Source of the DNA: a virus
Reading direction: 5' to 3' (one strand)
Length of the DNA stretch: 64,000 bases
Virus record (IMG/VR): IMGVR_UViG_3300046373_000039
Location: 1-64,000 of that record
The notes beneath the pieces were generated by a model, which saw nothing but the letters and a program-made list of their open reading frames with translations, did not search any database and was not told the DNA's origin. The translations under genes were made by a program, and so were the position numbers. Below, piece by piece: positions 7,193 through 14,576 of this stretch (its first letter is position 1; every line of letters begins with the position of its first letter).

Positions 7193-7398
7193 TTCAAAAA
7201 TCCTTCAAGAATTTGACGAGTTGTATCAGAGATACCTTTGTCTGTATTCAGTATATGTTCAACCAAAAGCTTTTGTCCATCATGATTTTTAATACCTTGG
7301 TTGATAAATTTATTGAACCATGTTGCAGGCTCTGATAGGCCATAAAGACCATAAGCCTCATCACCAGCATAAGGGATATTTGCAATTGGGTATTTCAT
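7189..7398 (-). CDS. Hypothetical protein; start MKYPIA
   Basis: GGAG RBS; promoter at 7440-7468. Confidence 0.6.
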   Translation of the reverse strand: MKYPIANIPYAGDEAYGLYGLSEPATWFNKFINQGIKNHDGQKLLVEHILNTDKGISDTTRQILEGFLK

Positions 7399-7439
7399 AT
7401 CATCTCTCCAATATCTGTTTGTCTTACTTCTTATGTACA

Positions 7440-7476
7440 ATCTTAATCGAAACCTCTCAATGCGTCAAGAGGTTTC
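7440..7476 (-). promoter_or_regulatory. sigma70 promoter with overlapping inverted repeat
   Basis: TTGACG-N17-TAAGAT; GAAACCTCT-N10-AGAGGTTTC at 7449-7476. Confidence 0.7.
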
Positions 7477-7484
7477 TGGTAAAA

Positions 7485-7705
7485 TTATTCTTCTTCGTAG
7501 TCGTTCATATCAGCAGCAAAATTGAGAAGCATCAGTCCAATTTCACGAAAGTCTTCTTTAGTTAAACCTTGGAGAGAGAGCCTAGAACATTAGGATAACC
7601 ATGATAACTTGTGCTGATGGAAAGCGACGTATACAAGTCAGGAGTTTGACTCACCTCAACTGTAATACCGCCATTATCAATGTGACGATGATATTGCTTT
7701 TTCAT
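7485..7705 (-). pseudogene. Frameshifted small gene (72 aa if one CT unit is removed)
   Basis: Frame breaks in the CT run at 7571-7580; the other frame continues LQGLTKEDFREIGLMLL... to TAA 7485. Confidence 0.55.
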
Positions 7706-7961
7706 TTTATTTCCCCTTATCTATTTAAGTTACGAAGCGTAGTTTGTACGAACAGTAAAGCGTACTGCACCATATTTCAAGTCAAGCTTGTTAGCCTGAT
7801 TACGAGCTCTCACTTTGTCATTATATGGTTTACCAACGACTGCTTTGGTTTGAATGTCAACGATGGAGAAGGTCATATCTGTTATTCCTGTCTGAAGAAA
7901 GGCTTTTCCTTTCCTATGGCTTAAGTATACTCCACACAGATCATCTGTCAACAATTTCTTT

Positions 7962-8153
7962 TCACTTTAATCCAAACTCTTTACTCGCCACTCTCATAAG
8001 ATCCCCTAATGAACGTGAACGAATCAATAGAGAATTGCTATTATCTACAGCTCCATCGTAGATTCCCCATTGATTCTCTTTCAAGTCTTTGTGGACAATG
8101 AAGCCGCTGTCTTTTAGTTGGGATAGGATGTTACTGGCGAATGTATGCCTCAT
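7962..8153 (-). CDS. Hypothetical protein
   Basis: GAGGA RBS; ATGA coupling. Confidence 0.6.
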   Translation of the reverse strand: MRHTFASNILSQLKDSGFIVHKDLKENQWGIYDGAVDNSNSLLIRSRSLGDLMRVASKEFGLK

Positions 8154-8326
8154 GGATTTTCAATCCTCTCCAACTTATTCCAACGTTTAATAATAGCTTC
8201 TTCTGAACACTCATGCTGAAGTTTGAATTCACAATCACGACATTCAACTAAAGATGCACACCATGTGCTATCTACTTCAAGGTCTGTCGATTTGCATTTT
8301 GGGCAAGGTTTAGGTTTATAAGACAT
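8150..8326 (-). CDS. Lar-like (restriction alleviation family) zinc-ribbon protein, 58 aa
   Basis: Translated by hand: KPCPKC...VECRDC...SEEAIIKRWN, matching the Lar_restr_allev pattern. Confidence 0.55.
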   Translation of the reverse strand: MSYKPKPCPKCKSTDLEVDSTWCASLVECRDCEFKLQHECSEEAIIKRWNKLERIENP

Positions 8327-8508
8327 TAATTATTACCAACCATCATTTCAAAACGTTTACACCAGTGGCGCACACTAGGGAGCTCTTTAACACTAATCTC
8401 ATTAAGATTGTAGATAAAATCAACCGTATAGATGTTCCCAATAATAAGAGAATCCATACCATCAGAAGATACACACAAAACCTTATTACCATTAGCAAAA
8501 ATGTTCAT
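8326..8508 (-). CDS. Small SH3-like protein (MNIFANGNKVLCV...)
   Basis: AAGGAG RBS; F-x-x-G-x-K-V-x-C-V pattern. Confidence 0.55.
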   Translation of the reverse strand: MNIFANGNKVLCVSSDGMDSLIIGNIYTVDFIYNLNEISVKELPSVRHWCKRFEMMVGNN

Positions 8509-8761
8509 CTTCTTTCTCCTTAATAATATTCCACTGATCATGAACATAACAACATCCACGATAATAATCAATCTCTACAGGGCATGCAAGGATTTCTTCT
8601 GCTGGCATCATACACCAAGCCTGAAAGATTGTATTCAAAGCACTTTCTCCAAGCTCACATGCATACTGAGCATCTGATAGAGCCTCTTTGTATGCCTCGC
8701 TTTCTTGACACACTTCTAGATGTTCTTGGAGGATTTGTTTCAAGGATTGTAGGGAAGTCAT
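8492..8761 (-). CDS. Hypothetical protein
   Basis: GGAG RBS before MTSLQ. Confidence 0.55.
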   Translation of the reverse strand: MTSLQSLKQILQEHLEVCQESEAYKEALSDAQYACELGESALNTIFQAWCMMPAEEILACPVEIDYYRGCCYVHDQWNIIKEKEDEHFC

Positions 8762-9006
8762 AAATGTTTTCTCCAGCATCCGTCCGGCATTGTTGAAAAA
8801 GTATCATGGAAAATAAGACCCTGTGTCTTAGCTTTAAGATAAGCTCTTTTGCATTCAGTGTCAAGCTTGGTTTTAGTCTTTCCTAAAAACAGAGCATAAT
8901 ACCAAATCGACTTAGGGTATTTGGCTATGATTTCAAGATTATTATTTGCAATCTTATACCAATCTTCAAGACACTGTAAAGCCTTTTCTCTATAATACAT
9001 ATTCAC
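8758..9006 (-). CDS. Hypothetical protein
   Basis: Coupled ORF. Confidence 0.6.
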   Translation of the reverse strand: MNMYYREKALQCLEDWYKIANNNLEIIAKYPKSIWYYALFLGKTKTKLDTECKRAYLKAKTQGLIFHDTFSTMPDGCWRKHL

Positions 9007-9362
9007 AAGGAATACTCCACGGATTTTATGTTAGTAAACTCTTTAATTGCAAGCTGACAGGCTAGACAAGGTGCTGCCAAACAAGCTTTACCCATAGAGT
9101 CTACACGTCCTGTGATGATCTTGCAACCCTTTCTGTTACGATCTTTTAGCAAAGCTGCAATCTCTGAGTGAAGGTAACACTTATTTGGTGTACCTGTGCG
9201 CCTAGCATAATGAAACATTTGTGTATGTGTCTGAGAATAGCTATTCCCTGATTCACTGACCAATCTATTGCGTTTGTCAAGAATTATAGTCCATAAACGC
9301 TTCTGTCCCTTAACGAAAGGGATTGTCTTAGCCTTCTCCAAACAATACTGAATGTCCATCAT
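9003..9362 (-). CDS. Zn-dependent cytidine/dCMP deaminase-fold protein
   Basis: LHSEIAAL (HxE) and APCLAC (PCxxC) motifs. Confidence 0.75.
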   Translation of the reverse strand: MMDIQYCLEKAKTIPFVKGQKRLWTIILDKRNRLVSESGNSYSQTHTQMFHYARRTGTPNKCYLHSEIAALLKDRNRKGCKIITGRVDSMGKACLAAPCLACQLAIKEFTNIKSVEYSL

Positions 9363-9541
9363 CTATATTCCCTAATAATCAACCTCCCAAGAGAATACAC
9401 CACCAACACAAGCACAATACACACAAATAGGTTAACCACTGAACCAAAGATAGCCTTAAAGAGAACAACAATTGCTCCCAAGGCTATGATAGATGTGAAT
9501 AGAATAATGAATATTGTTATTATATCTTTTAGGAGTTTCAT
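9359..9541 (-). CDS. Two-TM small membrane protein
   Basis: Two hydrophobic stretches; GAGGA RBS. Confidence 0.6.
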   Translation of the reverse strand: MKLLKDIITIFIILFTSIIALGAIVVLFKAIFGSVVNLFVCIVLVLVVYSLGRLIIREYR

Positions 9542-9543
9542 GG

Positions 9544-9741
9544 CTAATCCTCAATACTTTCAATAATCCTTACCGTATCGAATACTAATGAGTATACAAA
9601 ATCTACCTTTGACTTATACTCTGCAAAATCCTTTTGTGTCTTCTCTAACTCTTTACGAAGTTTAATTTTTTCCTTACGGATCTTTTCCAGATTAGCTTTA
9701 AGATTACCGACTTCTTGTTTAAGATCATTAATCTCAGTCAT
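9544..9741 (-). CDS. Coiled-coil small protein
   Basis: Heptad-like K/E/L pattern; GGAG RBS. Confidence 0.65.
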   Translation of the reverse strand: MTEINDLKQEVGNLKANLEKIRKEKIKLRKELEKTQKDFAEYKSKVDFVYSLVFDTVRIIESIED

Positions 9742-9926
9742 TTCAATTCTCCCATCATTATCATTTCTTCAACAAGATCTTGGCAAGCCTCTGCATAATT
9801 AAACCTTGCATCTTTCAAAGCTGACTTTGCATTGATTAGTTCAATACTCCCGTCCAAGCTAGTTTTAGCTTTAGTGTATGCTTTCTCTGCTTGGCGGAGT
9901 GTCTCACGTAATTGTAGGATGTTCAT
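9738..9926 (-). CDS. Hypothetical helical protein
   Basis: GAGGT RBS. Confidence 0.65.
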   Translation of the reverse strand: MNILQLRETLRQAEKAYTKAKTSLDGSIELINAKSALKDARFNYAEACQDLVEEMIMMGELK

Positions 9927-9928
9927 GG

Positions 9929-10108
9929 TTATTCAACCTCTGGTAACATATCAAGACACCAAACCAAAGTATCTTGAATAGCTGTACGATGAATCCTACC
10001 TTCTACATAAGGGTCCATACCAAACGGACATTCCATAGGGTTATTGTATTTCAAAAGAGCTTTTTCAAGCAGTTCTTTATACTCTTTCATACCATATTCA
10101 GATTTCAT
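9929..10108 (-). CDS. 59-aa paralog of 10323-10505, not in ORF track
   Basis: Translated by hand: MKSEYGMKEYKELLEKA...NPMECPFGMDPY...WCLDMLPEVE. Confidence 0.8.
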   Translation of the reverse strand: MKSEYGMKEYKELLEKALLKYNNPMECPFGMDPYVEGRIHRTAIQDTLVWCLDMLPEVE

Positions 10109-10326
10109 TCTTTATCTCCTTCAATAGCAGTCGTAATAAGACTGTTCAGTTCCTCAGAACTGCATTCTGTTGTGCCCATAGCAAAGTAGAACTCTTGCCA
10201 AGCTGGTGAAAGGTCTTCCCATGCGATTTGGCAATGGGCTACAAACTGTAGCCATTTCTGTGCGTCTAGGATTTGTTGTTGAGATGCCTTGATAGATACA
10301 CTGGCTGATTTCTTTGGGGTTTTCAT
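10105..10326 (-). CDS. Hypothetical protein
   Basis: Coupled ORF between the two paralogs. Confidence 0.65.
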   Translation of the reverse strand: MKTPKKSASVSIKASQQQILDAQKWLQFVAHCQIAWEDLSPAWQEFYFAMGTTECSSEELNSLITTAIEGDKE

Positions 10327-10505
10327 TGCTCTGTCTCCGGCAACATTTCAAGACACCATTGAAGCATTTCTAACTTATTCTGACGATAAAACGCACCTTC
10401 TGTGTAAGGATTCATACCAAAAGGACACTCCATAGGATTTTGATAGCGCTTATAAGCTTTCTCAAGCAATTCTTTGTACTCTTTAAGCCCGTATTGTTCG
10501 TTCAT
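10323..10505 (-). CDS. 60-aa hypothetical protein (paralog pair)
   Basis: GAGGAG RBS; promoter upstream. Confidence 0.8.
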   Translation of the reverse strand: MNEQYGLKEYKELLEKAYKRYQNPMECPFGMNPYTEGAFYRQNKLEMLQWCLEMLPETEQ

Positions 10506-10538
10506 AAAATCTCTCCTCAATATTCTGTGTGTAGGGAC

Positions 10539-10567
10539 AGCTTAGGTGGTTTTTAGGGGTGTGTCAA
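10539..10567 (-). promoter_or_regulatory. sigma70 promoter
   Basis: TTGACA-N17-TAAGCT. Confidence 0.7.
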
Positions 10568-10575
10568 GGGGTTTT

Positions 10576-10860
10576 TCAATCCTCATCATAAATTATGTCA
10601 ACCGAATAATTTTCAAGCCAATCATCGTAAGCTTCCTCTACTGTATTTCCGTGCCCTGCACAACTGATCCAATTAGAATTTGTATAAGGATTCTTCTCGT
10701 CACTGTTACACATCCAATTCAAACCAGACCACCTCTTATTCCAGACAATAACAGGTTTAGGGAAGGGTCCAATTCGCAAAGGATCTTCCGACATTTTATC
10801 AATCAATTTCTTGATTTCTTCGATCCTTTTAGAACTTCCTTTCAGTTTTATTTCAGTCAA
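10576..10860 (-). CDS. Hypothetical protein
   Basis: GAGGAG RBS, TTG start. Confidence 0.6.
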   Translation of the reverse strand: MTEIKLKGSSKRIEEIKKLIDKMSEDPLRIGPFPKPVIVWNKRWSGLNWMCNSDEKNPYTNSNWISCAGHGNTVEEAYDDWLENYSVDIIYDED

Positions 10861-11032
10861 GAAATTTCTCCTCGCTCTCTATAAAGAATTTACACCCACT
10901 ATCGTTTATCTCTTTACAAGCTACAATCATGCATAAGTAGGCCTGATACTTCACAAGAGGGGTTTGTAGGTAGCGTTGACACCTGTGTTTTACGGGGCAG
11001 GATGTGCCTTCGCATAGTGATATGTTTGTCAT

Positions 11033-11263
11033 TTAAACCACTACAAACTTATGTTTGTTTTGAGAGTTCATAGCTTCATTCCACTTAACCACAGCAAGAT
11101 CAACATTCGTGTTGCCTTTTACTGACATATTTACACCGTTGAAATTGAATTTGACATATCCTACTTGCCAGAGTTTACACTTCTCTACTGCTTCTTGTAC
11201 AGCGCCCTCGATAGATGTTCCTGCAAGAAATTCAACACTTACACAGATATTTGATCCGTTCAT
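11033..11263 (-). CDS. Hypothetical protein
   Basis: GGAGGTG RBS; promoter upstream. Confidence 0.75.
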   Translation of the reverse strand: MNGSNICVSVEFLAGTSIEGAVQEAVEKCKLWQVGYVKFNFNGVNMSVKGNTNVDLAVVKWNEAMNSQNKHKFVVV

Positions 11264-11298
11264 TTCACACCTCCCAAATTCGTTTAATTGACCAGCAC

Positions 11299-11327
11299 AG
11301 TGTAGCCCTTTCGGGCTGTCTTTGCAA
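11299..11327 (-). promoter_or_regulatory. sigma70 promoter with a GAAA hairpin in its spacer
   Basis: TTGCAA-N17-TACACT; AGCCC-GAAA-GGGCT at 11304-11317. Confidence 0.65.
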
Positions 11328-11374
11328 GGTTTCTAGGGTGGATTTTACCGCACAAATCCTAGAATAATTTTGCT

Positions 11375-11557
11375 TTATAGACTACCTGTCAAGTACATTG
11401 CAACACCAAAACATAATACAGTAAGGATCATACTTGTCAATGCCCTAGCTTCCCATTTGTGGTATGACCGGAAGGAGCTTGGTAGGTCAGTTATCCACAT
11501 AAAGATTAGTGAGAATATGAATAGCGCAAGGCCGGTTGCCCACAAAGTTGTGATCAT
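11375..11557 (-). CDS. Two-TM small membrane protein
   Basis: Two hydrophobic segments. Confidence 0.6.
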   Translation of the reverse strand: MITTLWATGLALFIFSLIFMWITDLPSSFRSYHKWEARALTSMILTVLCFGVAMYLTGSL

Positions 11558-11748
11558 TTCCAAATCTCACAAAATTCAACCTCGTCGACCCAATATTCAA
11601 TATCAGATGTCTGGTAATTCCCTTGCATACTCTTTGCAGCCATGCTAGCTGTATCTTGAGTAGAATAGATTGCTACGTTTGATCGAGCATAGCGAGTCCC
11701 TGTCCATTCATCACAGACAACTACGTATAGATTTTCTGGTGCTTTCAT
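11554..11748 (-). CDS. Hypothetical protein
   Basis: Coupled ORF. Confidence 0.6.
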   Translation of the reverse strand: MKAPENLYVVVCDEWTGTRYARSNVAIYSTQDTASMAAKSMQGNYQTSDIEYWVDEVEFCEIWK

Positions 11749-11905
11749 TAGTGTAATTTCCCAAGGTCAGTATAATCATCAAGAAACTTAAAAGATGTGC
11801 GTTTCTCAATCTCTCTTGCGCAAGCCCAAATGTAAAGTACGTCGCAATAGACTGTGAACCAAACATTCGACCCATTACTGTGTTCAAATTTCAACAGATA
11901 ATTAT

Positions 11906-12100
11906 TCATTTTTCTAAATCTCCTTTAAAAACAAAAAATTCTTGACAAGCATAGACAAACAGCCTCTGTTCAGTCCTGTCTTCTGGATAATCACGTTCAA
12001 ACGGATGACCAGTGGACTTAGCTTCAAGACCTGATGTCTGTAGCTCTTTACCACAAGCTGTGCATAGTGGTGTAATTTTAATGGTGATTGTGTGGGTCAT
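11906..12100 (-). CDS. Small zinc-ribbon-like protein
   Basis: CTAC at N-terminus; GAGGA RBS. Confidence 0.55.
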   Translation of the reverse strand: MTHTITIKITPLCTACGKELQTSGLEAKSTGHPFERDYPEDRTEQRLFVYACQEFFVFKGDLEK

Positions 12101-12301
12101 TTATTCTTCCTCATGAATAGAGCTTGTACCAGTCCAAATAGCCTTGGCATGTTCTGGATAGTTAAGACTTAAAGTGGACTGAATATCCTCAAACGATTTA
12201 CCTAGACGATGCATAGCATGAATAGCTTCCCGACGAGCAGCTAGAAAGTCAGCCCACCATTGATAGGATTCGTCAAATTGTTTTAGTTCTTGGGTGTTCA
12301 T
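12101..12301 (-). CDS. Hypothetical protein, possibly HTH-like
   Basis: AIHAMHRLGKSFEDIQSTLSL resembles a helix-turn-helix. Confidence 0.5.
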   Translation of the reverse strand: MNTQELKQFDESYQWWADFLAARREAIHAMHRLGKSFEDIQSTLSLNYPEHAKAIWTGTSSIHEEE

Positions 12302-12312
12302 TTTGATCCCCC

Positions 12313-13662
12313 CTATTTCTTAGAAATCTTGCAATATTTATCTGATCCTAACACATCCTTCCATGCCTGTACCATAGCTGCTTGCAATAAATCTTCAACC
12401 GATTCTCGGCAGCAGAATGAATCATGATAGCATAGAGCAACCTCACCATTTTGTATCATCAAATCAATCACACGTAAAGCAATATCACTGTCAATCTTCT
12501 GTAACCATACTCCCTTATCACTATAAAATTCCTTTTCAATCACATAGTTATGATCTGCCAGTGCTTGAATAATCTTTCCTGTATCAGGCTTGTCAACCCC
12601 AAGAAATTCACGGTCTTTTTCTTCACGCAGATTGTCTTTAAATATTTCATTACCAAGTGTCCGTTTGGTCTGTGCAAAATCTACACAGTTAATAGACAGC
12701 AGCAATGCACGTTTATACAAAGCTCGTACAGGATCGTATTTAGCCAGTCCATATTTCATTTTATGCTTAGCAATCAACATCTTATCAACAGTCAAGAACG
12801 ATTTATCAGCATCATAAGGATCAAAAGAATCTGTTACTAAATCAGCAATTTCTGGATTATTGTTATAATAAAGAGAATATAGAGCATGAGGGTGGTTGGC
12901 TTTATAGTCCAATTCACAAATCTTCTCTTTGTTTATAGTAATATGTTCTAGTCGGTAGTCTTCTGGTAATAGCTGGATACCACCACCATGAACGAACAAT
13001 CTACCACCATGGAACAAATCGCCACTAAATGATCGCTTGTACTCCACCAGCGGTAAAGGCTCACCCATGAATTCAATCTGTACTTCAGTTAAGCTTTGGT
13101 TATAAGTATTCATCTCAGCAACCATTTTAAAGAACTCCTCGTTTTGCTCAATTAACATCTGTTCTTTTGTCTTTCGATCTTTAATTACAACAGGGTCAAT
13201 CAAACAACCTTCTGCTACATAAAGCTTTATTTGGTTGTCATCAAACAGATTCAATAGCTTATCTTCAAATCGGATAATGCTAGGATAAGACAACCAATCA
13301 CTACGTGTATCTTTGTTACCTAATAGTAGTGTAACATATCCTTCTTCCTGTAGGCTGTCAAGCACAGAATTCACTTGTCTTGCCCCAATCCCACATATAT
13401 TTCCAGACCAATAGCTAGCCTTCAGCCTAACACTGAATCCTTTATAACCATTTCGTATAGCTTTACTTGTGTTAGTGAAGAACCATTGAATGGCGTTATA
13501 CTTCTTATCTCCATACCTATTAGTAAAGGCGTCTACAATAAGATTATATGCTTTATTCTCTTCTCTAAAGGGTTTACCTTTCATGGTAGAGAGCAATACC
13601 TTATACTTCTCAACTCCCTCTATTTCTCTTACTTTCATCTTATTCCAATCCTCATCCCTCAC
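12313..13662 (-). CDS. Minimal PolA-superfamily (TV-Pol / T7-RNAP-related) polymerase-like protein, 449 aa
   Basis: GGRLF pre-motif, motif A ELDYKANHP, motif B RALYKRALL, motif C YHDSF; no 3'-5' exonuclease motifs seen; AGGAGG RBS. Confidence 0.65.
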   Translation of the reverse strand: MRDEDWNKMKVREIEGVEKYKVLLSTMKGKPFREENKAYNLIVDAFTNRYGDKKYNAIQWFFTNTSKAIRNGYKGFSVRLKASYWSGNICGIGARQVNSVLDSLQEEGYVTLLLGNKDTRSDWLSYPSIIRFEDKLLNLFDDNQIKLYVAEGCLIDPVVIKDRKTKEQMLIEQNEEFFKMVAEMNTYNQSLTEVQIEFMGEPLPLVEYKRSFSGDLFHGGRLFVHGGGIQLLPEDYRLEHITINKEKICELDYKANHPHALYSLYYNNNPEIADLVTDSFDPYDADKSFLTVDKMLIAKHKMKYGLAKYDPVRALYKRALLLSINCVDFAQTKRTLGNEIFKDNLREEKDREFLGVDKPDTGKIIQALADHNYVIEKEFYSDKGVWLQKIDSDIALRVIDLMIQNGEVALCYHDSFCCRESVEDLLQAAMVQAWKDVLGSDKYCKISKK

Positions 13663-13686
13663 TATCCTCCTATATGGGAAACAAAC

Positions 13687-13873
13687 TTATTCTGACCAAA
13701 CCACCTCATATTTAGGACACACATCAGACAACCTATGTACATAAGTGTCGTAATCCCTAAAATTACCAACCAAGAAGAATACCCCTTTGATTATTCATGA
13801 CAAGCATTTGCCGATCTTTTAGCTTAAATCTCTCGCCAGTAGATACATCAATGATTTTGAATTTCTTTTTCAT
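13687..13873 (-). pseudogene. Frameshifted small gene (61 aa if one base is removed at CAAAGGGG)
   Basis: 187 nt; MKKKFKIIDVSTGER...NNQ continues in another frame as GVFFLVGNFRDYD...VVWSE. Confidence 0.55.
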
Positions 13874-14064
13874 TATGCTTTCCTCACCAAATAACCAAGC
13901 ACCTTTAACATCTCTTCACTAAGATCCATTTTGTAAAGAATATTGATAATCTCTTGCTTCTCCTCCGCTGCATACCTATCTTCAAGAATCTTCTTGCAGA
14001 CCATCATACCTTCACCAGTTTCTTCACGAAGCTTACGAACATCTTCTGCTGTAATTGTTTTCAT
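13873..14064 (-). CDS. EF-Ts N-terminal (UBA-like) domain mini-protein
   Basis: ITAEDVRKLREETGEGMMVCKKIL matches the EF-Ts start [24 protein letters not shown]. Confidence 0.75.
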   Translation of the reverse strand: MKTITAEDVRKLREETGEGMMVCKKILEDRYAAEEKQEIINILYKMDLSEEMLKVLGYLVRKA

Positions 14065-14067
14065 CTT

Positions 14068-14412
14068 TTAGCTCCAAACAACGTTATGGAAATTCTGAGC
14101 AGAGTGTACACGAACCTTGTCTTCCAGTCTCTGCGTACAGTTCGGCATATTAGCTTGCAACCAGTCTTCAATCAATCGCCAATCAACTACTTGGCTTGTG
14201 GGGTCAATAAACAACACTTTCTTTTTGTTGACAACCGCGGTAGTTAACGATATGAATACAGGCATGTCACCTAGACGGCCTACAACAACACCTGTACCAA
14301 AACAGTTCTGAATCCAATCAACCTTTTCATGCCATTGCTGCCAAAGACAAAAGTCCTCAAAGGTTGTAGCTTCTACTACAGACACAACGTCTTTCAAGAA
14401 ATCTTCATACAT
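14068..14412 (-). CDS. Phage hypothetical protein
   Basis: GAGAGG RBS before MYEDF; first gene after promoter 14448-14476. Confidence 0.7.
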   Translation of the reverse strand: MYEDFLKDVVSVVEATTFEDFCLWQQWHEKVDWIQNCFGTGVVVGRLGDMPVFISLTTAVVNKKKVLFIDPTSQVVDWRLIEDWLQANMPNCTQRLEDKVRVHSAQNFHNVVWS

Positions 14413-14447
14413 TTTGCCTCTCCTCATCCATTTATCCAACAGCCCTC

Positions 14448-14540
14448 ATAGTACCCAACAAATCCGCAGTAGTCAAGAGGAAATTTAGAGAAATTATTTT
14501 GCATAGAGATGTTGACAGGTGTGGGGATGGGGTGTAATCT
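14448..14540. promoter_or_regulatory. Divergent sigma70 promoter pair at the strand switch
   Basis: Minus: TTGACT-N17-TACTAT (14476-14448); plus: TTGACA-N17-TAATCT (14512-14540). Confidence 0.7.
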
Positions 14541-14576
14541 TGGTCTACGTTAATCGATAGGTAGAGGAGAACACCA

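Noticed and set aside
11906-12100. CQEF where a second CxxC might be expected
   Set aside because: A single-residue observation that cannot be judged without homologs.
883-14311. Plus-strand ORFs of 60-116 aa in the early region
   Set aside because: They are antisense shadows of RBS-bearing, coupled minus-strand genes and have no RBS or motifs.
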